Shown: positions 39,041 through 48,611, counted from the first letter of the stretch. The stretch is DNA of 64,000 nucleotides from an uncultured Actinomycetes bacterium (GCA_963762735.1 CAVXMG010000029.1:162351-226350); one strand, 5' to 3'. Program-made: numbers and translations. The notes: a model not told the origin generated them from the letters alone.

Positions 39041-40380
39041 GGCGCCTCCCCGACCGCGTCCAGGATCTCCAGCGCCACCTGGGCCATCAGCCGGTCACGG
39101 TAGCTGCCCAGGTCCAGGCCGGTGATCTTCTCGACCCGGTGAATCCGGTAGCTGACCGTGTTGGGGTGCACGTTCAGCGCCCGCGCGGCCCGCTGCGGGC
39201 TGGCGTTCTCCCGGAAGTAGCAGGCCAGGGTCTGCAGGTACGCGTGGGCCTGCCCGCTGGGGTCGGCACTCAGCCTGCCCAGCACCTCGTCGGCGAACCC
39301 GCGCAGTTCGGCCAGGTCGGGCACCTGGAGCAGGAGCCGGTGGAGGCCCAGGTCACCGAATGCCACCACCCGGCCCGCGCGGCCCATCCGGCGCACGGTC
39401 TGCACGGTCCGCCTGGCCTGCGCGTAGGAGTGCCTGATCTGCTCGGCGCCATGGCACGGGCCGCCGATGCCGACCGTGACGGTCACCTCGGGGAACAGTT
39501 CGTCGAGGCGGGCGGCGCACAGGGTGCCCAGCCGCACCGCCCGGGGCGCGGCACCGTCCTGGCCCTGTTCCGGCAGCACCACGGCCACCTCGGTGTCGCG
39601 CACGGAGACGATCGCGTCCGGTGCCCGGGTGGTGAGGAAGCTCTCGGCCGTGTCGGCGGCCCGCCGGAGCAGGTCCGGCCCGGGGACCGGCCCGGCCCTG
39701 GCCGCCTCGAATGCCACGGACAGCACGTGGTGCTGCCGCCCGGGGTCGTAGCCGAGGTGCCTGGCCCACCTGCCGGTCTCCGCCTGGTCCTGGCCGCGGC
39801 CGGACAGCAGGCCCTCGACCAGGTCGTCCCGCACCCGGCTGGCGGCCGTGGCCACCACGCGCTCCCGGCTGAGGATGACCCCGCAGATGGTGGCCGCGTG
39901 CTCGGTGAGCAGCAGGCTGGTGTCCTCCCCGGCGCCCTGCCCGCCGGTGTCCACCGTCAGCAGGTGAGCGGGCACGTCATCGCCGACAAGCACCGGCGCC
40001 ACGATCACCGAAGCGGCGGTACCCGCCCCGGGCAGGCGCAGCGCCCGGCGGGCCCTGCTCGCGGCGGCGAGCACCTCGCCGAGCCGCGGGTGTACGACGA
40101 GGTCGCGGACGTCCTGGGCGGCCCGCTCACCGCTCTGCCCTGGAGCCGCCGCGGTCAGGATGTCCATGGTCGGGCTGACCACGGCCACCGTCGCGCCGGT
40201 CTGCTCGGAGATCAGCCGGGTCACCGCGGCCAGGTCGGCATCCTGGACCGCCAGCCCGGACAGATGGCGGTACACCGCGACGAGGTTGCGCAGGGCGAGA
40301 ACCTCGCGCACCGCCTCGCCGCGCGCGCCCGGGCCGGCGCCAGGGCCCGGCACCTGCCCGCCCGCCATCGCTCGGACCAT
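39037..40380 (-). CDS. PucR family transcriptional regulator
   Basis: C-terminal PucR HTH ALNVHPNTVSYRIHRVEKITGLDL. Start placed at ATG 40380. Confidence 0.8.
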   Translation of the reverse strand: MVRAMAGGQVPGPGAGPGARGEAVREVLALRNLVAVYRHLSGLAVQDADLAAVTRLISEQTGATVAVVSPTMDILTAAAPGQSGERAAQDVRDLVVHPRLGEVLAAASRARRALRLPGAGTAASVIVAPVLVGDDVPAHLLTVDTGGQGAGEDTSLLLTEHAATICGVILSRERVVATAASRVRDDLVEGLLSGRGQDQAETGRWARHLGYDPGRQHHVLSVAFEAARAGPVPGPDLLRRAADTAESFLTTRAPDAIVSVRDTEVAVVLPEQGQDGAAPRAVRLGTLCAARLDELFPEVTVTVGIGGPCHGAEQIRHSYAQARRTVQTVRRMGRAGRVVAFGDLGLHRLLLQVPDLAELRGFADEVLGRLSADPSGQAHAYLQTLACYFRENASPQRAARALNVHPNTVSYRIHRVEKITGLDLGSYRDRLMAQVALEILDAVGEAP

Positions 40381-40574
40381 CACTCCGCCCGTCTTGTGCT
40401 TGAACACAAAGATATGCCCAGACAGCGGACTAAACGATAGAGAATGGGCCGGAAGCAGCGCCATCCACGGCGGCGCCCCGGCGCGAGGGCCAGCCGACGG
40501 TCACGGTGCCCTACCAGCGATGTCGCGGTACTTTGTCCGGTTTGCCGCGAGCGGGAACAGGTGAGATAGGGCTC

Positions 40575-42230
40575 ATGGCTATCGCGCGGGACGTGGTGAT
40601 CGTCGGCGGCGGGCACAACGGGCTGGTCGCGGCCGCCTACCTGGCCCGCAGCGGGCTCGACACGCTGGTCTGCGAACGGCGGGACGTGGCCGGCGGCGCC
40701 GCGGTCAGCGAGCACCCCTTCGGCCCGGAGTACACGGTCACCTCGCTGTCCTACGTGGTGTCGCTGCTGCCCCCGGCCCTGGTGCGGGATCTGCGGCTGG
40801 ACAGCCACGGCTACCACGTGTACCCGCAGGGGCCCTACTTCGCCCCCCGCGCGGACGGCCGGGCGCTGCGGCTGCCACACGACCCGGCAGCCCGCCGGGC
40901 GGAGATCGCCGCCTTCTCGGCCGATGACGCCGCGGCCTACGACTCCTACGAGGCCTACCTGGCGGGGATGGCGGCGATCCTCGGCCCGCTGCTCGGCGAG
41001 ATCCCGCCACGGCTGGGCTCACGGCGCCCTCAGGACCTGTGGCGGCAGAGCCTGCTGCTGCGGCACCTGCGCAAGCTGGACACCAGGTCGGCGGTGGACG
41101 TGACCCGGCTGCTGTCCGCCAGCATCGCCGACATCATGGACCGGTATTTCACCAGCGACGCGGTGCGCGGGCTGCTGTCGGTGTCCGGGGTGATCGGCAC
41201 CTGGGCCGGCCCGAGGTCCAACGGCACCGGCTACGTCATGCTGCACCACCACATCGGCGGCGTGGACGGGCAGGCGGGGGCGTGGGGGTTCCCGCGTGGC
41301 GGCATGGGCGGGGTGACCTCGGCGCTGGCCGCCGCCGCGCGCTCGTTCGGCGCGGAGATCCGCACCGGGGCCGAGGTCGCCCGGATCCGCACCAGCGGCG
41401 GCCGGGTGACGGGCGTGACCCTGGCCAGCGGCGAGGAGGTGGACGCCGGTGTCGTGGTCACCACCGCGCACCCGCAGATCTCGTTCCTGCGGCTGCTGGA
41501 CCCGGGCGTGCTGCCGCCCGACTTCGTCGCCGAGATCAAGGCCTGGCAGACCCGCAGCGGCACGGTGAAGATCAACCTCGCGCTGGACCGGCTGCCGGTG
41601 TTCACCAGCCATCCGCAGGTCGATCCCCAGGTGCACGGCGGCACGATCGTGCTGGCCGAGAGCCTCGACGACCTGGAGACCGCGTTCCAGGAGGCGGTCG
41701 CCGGGCGGCCGTCGTCGCTGCCGTTCGCCGACATCTGCATCCCGAGCGTGTTCGACGACTCGCTGGCCCCCGCCGGGCACCACGTCATGTCGATGTTCAC
41801 CCAGTGGGTGCCGCACACCTACGCCGACGACCCCGACGAGGCCGCGCTGGTGGCTTACGCCGACCGGGTGATCGCGCGGATGGAGGCGGTGGCCCCCGGG
41901 TTCACGGACTCGGTGCTGCACCGGCAGGTCATCGGCCCGCACCAGATGCAGCAGGAATACGGGCTCATCGGCGGCAACATCTTCCACGGCGAGCTGAGCC
42001 TGGGCCAGATGTTCCACGCCCGCCCCGCGGCCGGCTACGCGGACTTCCGCACCCCGGTCCGGGGCCTGTACCAGGCCGGCTCCGCGACGCACGGCGGCGG
42101 TGGCGTCACCGGCATCCCGGGGCGCAACGCGGTGCACCAGATCCTGGCCGACCGCCGGGCCGCCCGATGGCATGACCGGACCACCGGCCGCCTGAAAAGC
42201 GGGAGGTCGGCGGTTCGACCCCGCTTCTAG
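40575..42230 (+). CDS. phytoene-desaturase-family (COG1233) NAD(P)/FAD-dependent oxidoreductase; 3' end runs into a tRNA-derived sequence
   Basis: DVVIVGGGHNGLVAAAYLARSG Rossmann motif and C-terminal GSATHGGGGVTGIPG. The last ~14 codons (RLKSGRSAVRPRF*) are encoded by the tRNA-Phe-like fragment. Confidence 0.8.
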   Translation: MAIARDVVIVGGGHNGLVAAAYLARSGLDTLVCERRDVAGGAAVSEHPFGPEYTVTSLSYVVSLLPPALVRDLRLDSHGYHVYPQGPYFAPRADGRALRLPHDPAARRAEIAAFSADDAAAYDSYEAYLAGMAAILGPLLGEIPPRLGSRRPQDLWRQSLLLRHLRKLDTRSAVDVTRLLSASIADIMDRYFTSDAVRGLLSVSGVIGTWAGPRSNGTGYVMLHHHIGGVDGQAGAWGFPRGGMGGVTSALAAAARSFGAEIRTGAEVARIRTSGGRVTGVTLASGEEVDAGVVVTTAHPQISFLRLLDPGVLPPDFVAEIKAWQTRSGTVKINLALDRLPVFTSHPQVDPQVHGGTIVLAESLDDLETAFQEAVAGRPSSLPFADICIPSVFDDSLAPAGHHVMSMFTQWVPHTYADDPDEAALVAYADRVIARMEAVAPGFTDSVLHRQVIGPHQMQQEYGLIGGNIFHGELSLGQMFHARPAAGYADFRTPVRGLYQAGSATHGGGGVTGIPGRNAVHQILADRRAARWHDRTTGRLKSGRSAVRPRF

Positions 42231-42232
42231 CG
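42187..42232 (+). other. 3' two-thirds of a tRNA-Phe(GAA)-like sequence (candidate att-site remnant); not an intact tRNA
   Basis: Anticodon arm GCCGC-CTGAAAA-GCGGG (GAA at 42194-42196), variable loop AGGTC, T-arm GGCGG-TTCGACC-CCGCT. No D-arm or 5' acceptor strand upstream. Confidence 0.6.
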
Positions 42233-42493
42233 GGCGTTGCGTACACGCATGCTTATGCGCTGTTTGGCTTTTTCCCTCGTAACCTCTTAAAAACAGACTG
42301 GGCCGACGATCAACAGCTCAGCTTTGTCATTCATATCCAGGCGCGCCGACTATTTGCGGTTCTCATCGATATGTCGTCGCGCTCCGCGACAAGCACAGAT
42401 CGCCCATATACGCGCCGCGGTCAGCAACCCATCGTCTCCCCTCTCTTGTTTCCCCGGCGGATGGGGCGTAGTGTCCAAATTAGGGGAGTTGCT

Positions 42494-42552
42494 CCCTTTA
42501 TCTGCGCGTAGACGAGATTTTAGATTCCCTTTTATCTGCGCGTAGGCAAGAT
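42494..42552 (+). repeat. two direct repeats CCCTTT(T)ATCTGCGCGTAG(A/G)C(G/A)AGAT, 33-bp period
   Basis: Copies at 42494-42518 and 42527-42552, inside the lower-G+C non-coding stretch 42231-42900. Confidence 0.8.
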
Positions 42553-42934
42553 CTAAGACTTCTACCGGCTGCTCTGGACCTCGGTGGCACCTAGCGCGCA
42601 GCGAAGCTGAGGTGGCTCATGGCAGCAGTCGTCCTTCATCTGGCCCGTTCTTCGTTAGCGGTCATCGGGGCTTGCTTGTCAGTGACGCGCAGGCCCGTTC
42701 GTGCGTAACGGCAAGACCGGCACAGTGCCGCGCGCGGCCATCCCGACTTCTCCGATCCGCGGGCGGGAAGCTGACTGGATCGCCCGCGCCCTGCGGGAAC
42801 AGGCCAGTCGTCGCAGGCTCGCCAGGCCTTCGGTCTTCGAGACCGGGGGACGCATCGGCCGCCGGGCATCACCGCGCGTCGTGGGCGACTATCCCGGAAA
42901 GGGTGATCATGCTATGAGAGGCGACCATTCCAGG

Positions 42935-44599
42935 ATGAAGACTTCACTGTCACGCACTTCGGAAAGGATCGAGCGCGGCACCCGGCGCCGGGCTCGGTTG
43001 ATCGGCGCAGGCGTCGCCGCCGCGGCGCTGGTGTCCGTGCTCGTTCCGGTACTCGGGGCCGGCCCGGCGGGTGCCGCGGGCACCTCGGGCGCGGTGCCGG
43101 CCGTCGCCTGGCACCGGTGCCCGGCGGGCAGCGCGGGCGCGATGGTGGGCGGGTTCTCGTGCGCGACGGTGGCGGCGCCGCTGGATTACCGGAATCGGTC
43201 CGGGCCGAAGATCAGACTGGCCCTGGTGGAGCACGCGGCCACCGGCGGCCAGCCGCGGCGTGATCTTCTTCAACCCGGGCGGGCCCGGCGGGCCCGGCAC
43301 GGTACAGCTCCCGGCATTTATCGGGTTCTTCCCTAAGGAACTGCTGCGCGAGTACGACATCGTGAGCTGGGACCCGCGCGGGTCCGGGGCGAGCACGGCG
43401 GTCCAGTGCTTCCCGAGCCAGGCCGCGGAAAATGCGTTCCTCGGCAAGTTCTCCTTCTTCCCCGTCGGCCGGGGCCAGCAGCGCGGCTACATCCGCCGGT
43501 GGCGTGAGTTCGGCAAGATCTGCGCCGCGCGGAACGGCGCGCTGCTCCGGCATGTCTCGACCGCCGACTCCGCCCGCGACCTGAACCTGCTGCGCCAGGA
43601 CCTCGGCCAGCCCAAGCTGAACTACCTCGGCATCTCCTACGGCACGTTCCTGGGCGCCACCTACGCGAACCTGTTCCCGCGCCGGATGGGTCGGCTGGTG
43701 CTGGACGGGAACGTCCCGCCCGAGGCCTGGACCAACGGCGGCCGGCCGGACCCCCGGCTGAGCACCTACCTGCGCATGCGCAGCGACAAAGCGGCCGCCA
43801 GGGCGCTCAGCGCGTTCCTGCGCATCTGCGGGCAGCGCAACACCCAGGCCTGCGCGTTCTCGGCCGGCAGCCCCGCGCGACCAGGGCCAAGTGGGATGCG
43901 CTGCTGGCCCGCCTCAGGAAGGCGCCCATCACCGTGGGCGGCACAGCCTTCACCTACGCCTTTGTTGTCACCACCGTCAGCTTCGATCTCTCCTTCGTGC
44001 AGCCGTTCAGCACGCCCGTGCCTGGCAACAGCGCCCCCGGCTGGTCCGGGGCTGCCCAGGATCTCCAGCTACTCTGGACGGCGCCCAGCGGCACGGCGAG
44101 CGCCCGGCCGGGCACGCCGCCGGCCACCGCGGCGGCCGCCGCCCAGCGCTACGGAGGGGCCGAGCAGGATTTTGCGATCCAGTGCGACGAGGCGCCGAGC
44201 CCCCCCGCCAGCGCCTACCCCGGCCTGCAGCGCCTGCTGCTGCGCCGCAGCGGCGTGACCGCCCTGCCGTATCTGTGGACCTTGGACGAGCCGTGCGCCA
44301 CCTGGCCGGTGCGCGGGCAGGACACCTACAGCGGCCCGTGGAACGCCCCCACCAGCCCCATCCTGGTGATCGGCAACACCACCGACCCGTTCCTCCCGCT
44401 CCGCGACGACATCGCCATGACCCGCCAGCTCGGCAACGCCCGGCTGCTGGTCGTCCACGGCTACGGCCACACCGCGTTCCTCAACCCCAGCACCTGCGCC
44501 AGCACCTACATGACCGGCTACTTCCGCACCGGCGCCCTCCCCCCGAAGGGAACCGTATGCCGCCAGAACCTCCCGCCGTTCCCGCCCCCCGCCGGGTGA
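42935..44599 (+). pseudogene. secreted alpha/beta hydrolase (tripeptidyl-aminopeptidase-like) with two compensating frame changes
   Basis: Signal peptide and N-terminus are in one frame. The central part (VIFFNPGGPGGPG...GISYGTFLGATYA) is in a second frame, from about 43257 to about 43875. The C-terminus (RAKWDALL...VVHGYGHTAF) returns to the first frame. Confidence 0.75.
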
Positions 44600-44745
44600 C
44601 ACAGCCCGCGCCGCGGCGCGGCAGCGGGTAGTACCGCGGAAGACCATGACCGGGATAGGGTTTCGGTTCCGGAGCCAGGACGGGTAAGCTCGCGGTCGGT
44701 GCGGCGAGATCGCGCCGTGGCATGGTCGATAAAGGACTTGGACTG

Positions 44746-44949
44746 ATGGCAACAGGCACAGTGAAGTGGTTCAACGCCGATAAGGGCTATGGTTTCATCG
44801 CCCCCGATGACGGGACGGCGGACGTGTTCGTCCACTTTTCCGCGATCGCGAGTTCCGGCTACAGGTCGCTGGATGAGAACCAGAAGGTCGAATTCGAAAC
44901 GACCCAGGGACAAAAAGGACCGCAGGCGGAGAACGTTCGTCCTATCTGA
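44746..44949 (+). CDS. cold-shock protein (CspA family)
   Basis: [32 protein letters not shown], 67 aa. Confidence 0.95.
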   Translation: MATGTVKWFNADKGYGFIAPDDGTADVFVHFSAIASSGYRSLDENQKVEFETTQGQKGPQAENVRPI

Positions 44950-45417
44950 CACATAACACCCCGCGTCCTCTCACGACGCGCTGGTCAACACCCAACCGGT
45001 GGGCCTGCCGACGCCCTGGGCATGCGTTAAATCCGCAAGCCGGGACGTCGGTAATGTCCGGCATGGAACATTCTGTCGGTTTCGGCCACTCGCACGGGGC
45101 CCGACCACCGTCTGGAGGGAAGATCAGCGCCGCGGCTGCGCTATCGGCTTCGGCGCTGCATCTGGGGCGCCTCGCCGTGTGGCCTGCCCAGTTAGGGCGG
45201 GAACTGGGTGAATGCTGCGGCGAACAGGGTGCACCGGTTGCCGCAGGCGGGGTGGCGGCGCGACTGGTCGAGCACGCGCGTGGCGTTGTCGTGCCGCCAG
45301 CCGCTCTCCCTCGCTCGTGGTCAGTAGGGCGCGCGCGCTCGGGCCGGAGTGCCGCCGGGGTGGGCGGTGACACCCGCATGCCACACGCGGTGACGACCGT
45401 GTGGTCATGCCCGAGGT

Positions 45418-45739
45418 TAGTTTGCGGCCTGCACTGCCTGGGCGGCGGTCTCGATGAGCTGGACCACGTCGTTGGGCTGGGAGACCGTCGGGACGTGGCT
45501 GGATGGGACTTCGATGGTGGTGGCCCCATTCGCTTCGCGAACAGGCGCTCGGCGTCAGGCGGGATGGCCTGATCGTTCTCAGCGACCAGGAACCAGGACG
45601 GGTGCGATTTCCAGACGGGGACGCCCATCACGTCCTCGAGCGTGGACGCGGCGAGAGGCTGCTGCACGGCGTACATAACCCGGGCCTTGGCTCGGTCTAC
45701 GTCGGCGGCGAAGTAGTTCACGAATTCGTCTTCGGGCAC
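45418..45739 (-). pseudogene. C-terminal fragment of an alpha/beta hydrolase, also frameshifted (C-run 45524-45527)
   Basis: VPVWKSHPSWFLVAENDQAIPPDAERLFAKRMG, then in another frame ATTIEVPSSHVPTVSQPNDVVQLIETAA. No N-terminal nucleophile region is present. Confidence 0.6.
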
Positions 45740-46312
45740 CCGCTACCGCCTGGTCGGCTGGGCGCTGACCGCCGGGCCGGTCCTTCTCGTCGCCATGATG
45801 TCGGGCCCAGCGCTGGCCATCACCACGGGCATCGCCGCCGGCGTCCTGCTGCTGGGCACCGCCGTCGCCGGGTTCCACGACCTGGCGGGCCTGCGGCCCG
45901 CCGCCCGGCCCGGCTCAGCGCGAAGACCCGATGATCATGCATCAGGCAGGCAGTCACACGACCGGCTTCCGGCGCCACGAAAGCCGGGTCACCTCACCAC
46001 CCATCTGGGTGCAGAACCTGATGCTCCCGCCGCTGTGGGCGCTGGCGAAGATCTTCGGCGTACATCCCTACTACGACCGCTGGGACAGCCGGATCTGAGC
46101 GGCTGGCTCAGGTTCAGCGCAATTATCACCGTGGTGAGAGCGGTTGGCAGGCGGGCGCGATGACCTTGGTTGTTCCGCGATCACGGGGCCGATTCAAATT
46201 GAGAACGGCGGCGCGCGGCATCGGAGGTACAGAAGCGTTAGGGACCACATGAACGTGTGGCTCCTGACAGCTACCTGGTGGCTTCTGACAGCTACCGGTG
46301 AGAGGAGCAGCG

Positions 46313-46963
46313 ATGACCGCGCTCGAGACAACAGCCGACGGTACTCCCCAGCCCGGCGCCCACGCCGAAGAGGCAGCCGCTGCGGGCCCGCTCGCGGGCG
46401 ATCCAGCCATTCTGGGACTGCCGAGCTTCATCGTGGGCTCCATTGCTCTGGGCCTGGTGCTGGTCGGCCTGGTGCCCGCCACTGCCGTCGGCGCCTCACT
46501 GCCCATCATCCTGGCGGCGACATCGGCGGGCCTGTTCGTGGCGGCGATCTGGAGCGCGGCCATCGGCCAAAGCGCAGTGGCCAGCATCTTCGGCATCTTC
46601 GCCGGTTTCTGGCTGAGCTACGCGCTGCTGGTGCTCGGGTTGATCCACAGCTGGTTCGGGATCACCGTGGCTGCGGCGGTAGCCACCCAGAAGCTGTTCC
46701 TGGTCACCTGGCTGGTCGTCATCGTGATGCTCACATTGGCCACGCTGCGGCTGCCCCTGGCCTTCACGGCGGTGTTCGCGCTCATTGACGTTGCGCTGCT
46801 GCTGCTGATCATCGCCACCGTTCAGGCATCCACCGGCCTGCTCAAGACGGCGGGCTACGTCGTGCTGGCGTTCGCCGCACTGGGGGTGTACCTCTTCTTC
46901 GGCTCAGCCTCGGTGGCCACCGGCGGCAACGCCTTCCCGCTGGGCCGGCCAATCTTGCGCTGA
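46313..46963 (+). CDS. acetate/succinate uptake transporter family protein (GPR1/FUN34/YaaH, SatP-like)
   Basis: GAGAGGAG RBS. NPAILGL-type motif (DPAILGLPSFIVGS) and six hydrophobic helices. Confidence 0.85.
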   Translation: MTALETTADGTPQPGAHAEEAAAAGPLAGDPAILGLPSFIVGSIALGLVLVGLVPATAVGASLPIILAATSAGLFVAAIWSAAIGQSAVASIFGIFAGFWLSYALLVLGLIHSWFGITVAAAVATQKLFLVTWLVVIVMLTLATLRLPLAFTAVFALIDVALLLLIIATVQASTGLLKTAGYVVLAFAALGVYLFFGSASVATGGNAFPLGRPILR

Positions 46964-46980
46964 GACCTGCGCTGGTGGTG

Positions 46981-47029
46981 CCCCGCGCGGCCAGGGGCGT
47001 CGGGGGCGCGCTGCCCTGGCCGCGCGGGG
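46981..47029 (+). terminator. perfect 16-bp GC stem-loop after the SatP-like gene
   Basis: CCCCGCGCGGCCAGGG, 17-nt loop, CCCTGGCCGCGCGGGG. Confidence 0.7.
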
Positions 47030-47132
47030 GCGTGTCACCGGACGGACAGCGCCGTCCGCCCGGTGGGTCTGCGCAGCGATGCGCTCGGGCCACGACTGCC
47101 ACTGTGCGCTAGCGGGTAGTTACGTCGGGAGT

Positions 47133-47163
47133 GGTGACCCGGTGACTGTCACCACCGGTCACC
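47133..47163. promoter_or_regulatory. nested palindrome GGTGACC-c-GGTGAC-t-GTCACC-acc-GGTCACC upstream of the XRE regulator
   Basis: Read directly, 36-66 bp upstream of ATG 47199. Confidence 0.5.
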
Positions 47164-47198
47164 ACGGGTCCTCGCTGGTCACGGTGGTGAGCGGAGCA

Positions 47199-48611
47199 AT
47201 GATGGGTACGGCCATGGACGACTTCTCCCACGCGCTACGGGCGCTGATGACTGAGCAGGGCGTCGGGGTGCGGGCGCTGGCCCGCCAGGTTCCCTGCGAC
47301 CATGCGCTGGTGTCCCGGTTATCGTCCGGGCAGCGAGCACCCTCGGCGGCGATGGCACGCCGCCTCGACGAGATCCTCGGCGCCGATGGCCGGCTCGCCG
47401 CGGTAGCGGACCCCGGCCCGTGGAGCGGCCGCGGTGAGCTGCCGCCGCTTTCGGCGCCCGTGCTGGTGCGCGCCATTTCCCGGGTGACACTCGGGGATCT
47501 CGGCAAGACGGGGATACCTGGCGGCACCGGGCTGCCGGATCCGGCCGCCCGGGGCGGCGCGGCACTGGCCAGGTGGGCCACTGGCGCGGCGGACCGCCCG
47601 CCGGCCAGCGCCGCCGGGCTGAACCGGGCCGACCTGGATGAGCTGAGCGAGCTGGAGAAGACCGCCGCCGCCTTCCGCAGGTGGGGGCACCAGTACGGCG
47701 GCGGCGTGCGGCGCAAGGCCGTGGTCGGCCAGCTCAACGAGATGGCCGACCTACTCGCCGAGCGTCATCCGCGTCCGGTGTACCGCCGCCTGTTCGGCGT
47801 CGCGGCCAGCCTCGCACTGGTGGCCGGGCACATGTCCGCGGACGCCGGCCGTGACGGGCTCGCGCACTGGTATTTCGCCCTGGCCCTGGATGCGGCGCGG
47901 GAGGCCGGCGACGACGACATGGGCGCCCGCGTGGTCAACGCCCTGGCCCGGCAGCTTGTCGCGGACGGCCGCACCACCGAGGCCATCGGCCTGCTCCAGC
48001 AGGCCCGGCCCGCGCTGCGGCGGCGCGGCCCGGACTCCTCGGCCATGCTGACCGGCTGCGCGGCGTGGGCGCTGGCCTTCACGGGCAGCTACGACTCGGT
48101 GGCGCGGGCGCTTGACCAGGTCGCCTCGCTGGCCGGCGATACCCCCGGGCACCCCCTGTTCGGGCCGCCGGAGATCGCCGGGACCGCGGGCGCGTGCTGT
48201 GAGGTGCTGGCCCTCCGCGACCATGGCCCGCGGTCGGCCAGGTGCGCGACACTGGCGGCGGAGCACATCACCACGGCCCTGGGCAGCCGGGAGCAGTTCT
48301 ATGTGCGGAGCCGGGTGCTGGATCTGCTCGGGCTGGCGAACGTCCGGCTGGCCCAGCGTGAACCGGAGGAGGCGGTCAGGCTGGCCACCTTGTCGCTGGA
48401 GCAGATCGCCACGCTCCGGTCCTCCCGGGCCAGGCACCGGGTCCATCAGTTCGCGGTACGCGCAGTGACCCGTTTTCCGCAATACCCGCAGGCACGGGAG
48501 TTCGCGGAGAAGGTCCGGGCCACGATTCCAGCGGCGCCGCCAGGCCCAGGTCGACCAAGGGGAGGGCCACGTCATGCAGTGGACGGTCCACGGACGCCGG
48601 CCTATCTATGA
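47199..48611 (+). CDS. XRE-family HTH regulator with a large helical (TPR-like) C-terminal domain
   Basis: HTH LRALMTEQGVGVRALARQVPCDHALVSRLSSGQR. The long alpha-helical remainder is typical of Streptomyces-type XRE/TPR regulators. Confidence 0.75.
   Translation: MMGTAMDDFSHALRALMTEQGVGVRALARQVPCDHALVSRLSSGQRAPSAAMARRLDEILGADGRLAAVADPGPWSGRGELPPLSAPVLVRAISRVTLGDLGKTGIPGGTGLPDPAARGGAALARWATGAADRPPASAAGLNRADLDELSELEKTAAAFRRWGHQYGGGVRRKAVVGQLNEMADLLAERHPRPVYRRLFGVAASLALVAGHMSADAGRDGLAHWYFALALDAAREAGDDDMGARVVNALARQLVADGRTTEAIGLLQQARPALRRRGPDSSAMLTGCAAWALAFTGSYDSVARALDQVASLAGDTPGHPLFGPPEIAGTAGACCEVLALRDHGPRSARCATLAAEHITTALGSREQFYVRSRVLDLLGLANVRLAQREPEEAVRLATLSLEQIATLRSSRARHRVHQFAVRAVTRFPQYPQAREFAEKVRATIPAAPPGPGRPRGGPRHAVDGPRTPAYL

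Noticed and set aside
42150-42236. An intact tRNA-Phe gene.
   Set aside because: The anticodon arm, variable loop and T-arm are recognisable. There is no D-arm or 5' acceptor strand upstream, and the 3' acceptor strand has no complement.
42494-42552. The two 25-bp direct repeats as a CRISPR array.
   Set aside because: There are only two copies, separated by ~8 nt rather than a spacer-sized gap. No cas genes are in the window, and the repeat lacks CRISPR-like palindromic structure.
42671-42700. A second RecA-NDp-like motif (TTGTCAGTG at about 42670).
   Set aside because: The sequence 8 nt downstream is GCCCGT, not a TAnnnT -10 hexamer, and no repair gene follows.
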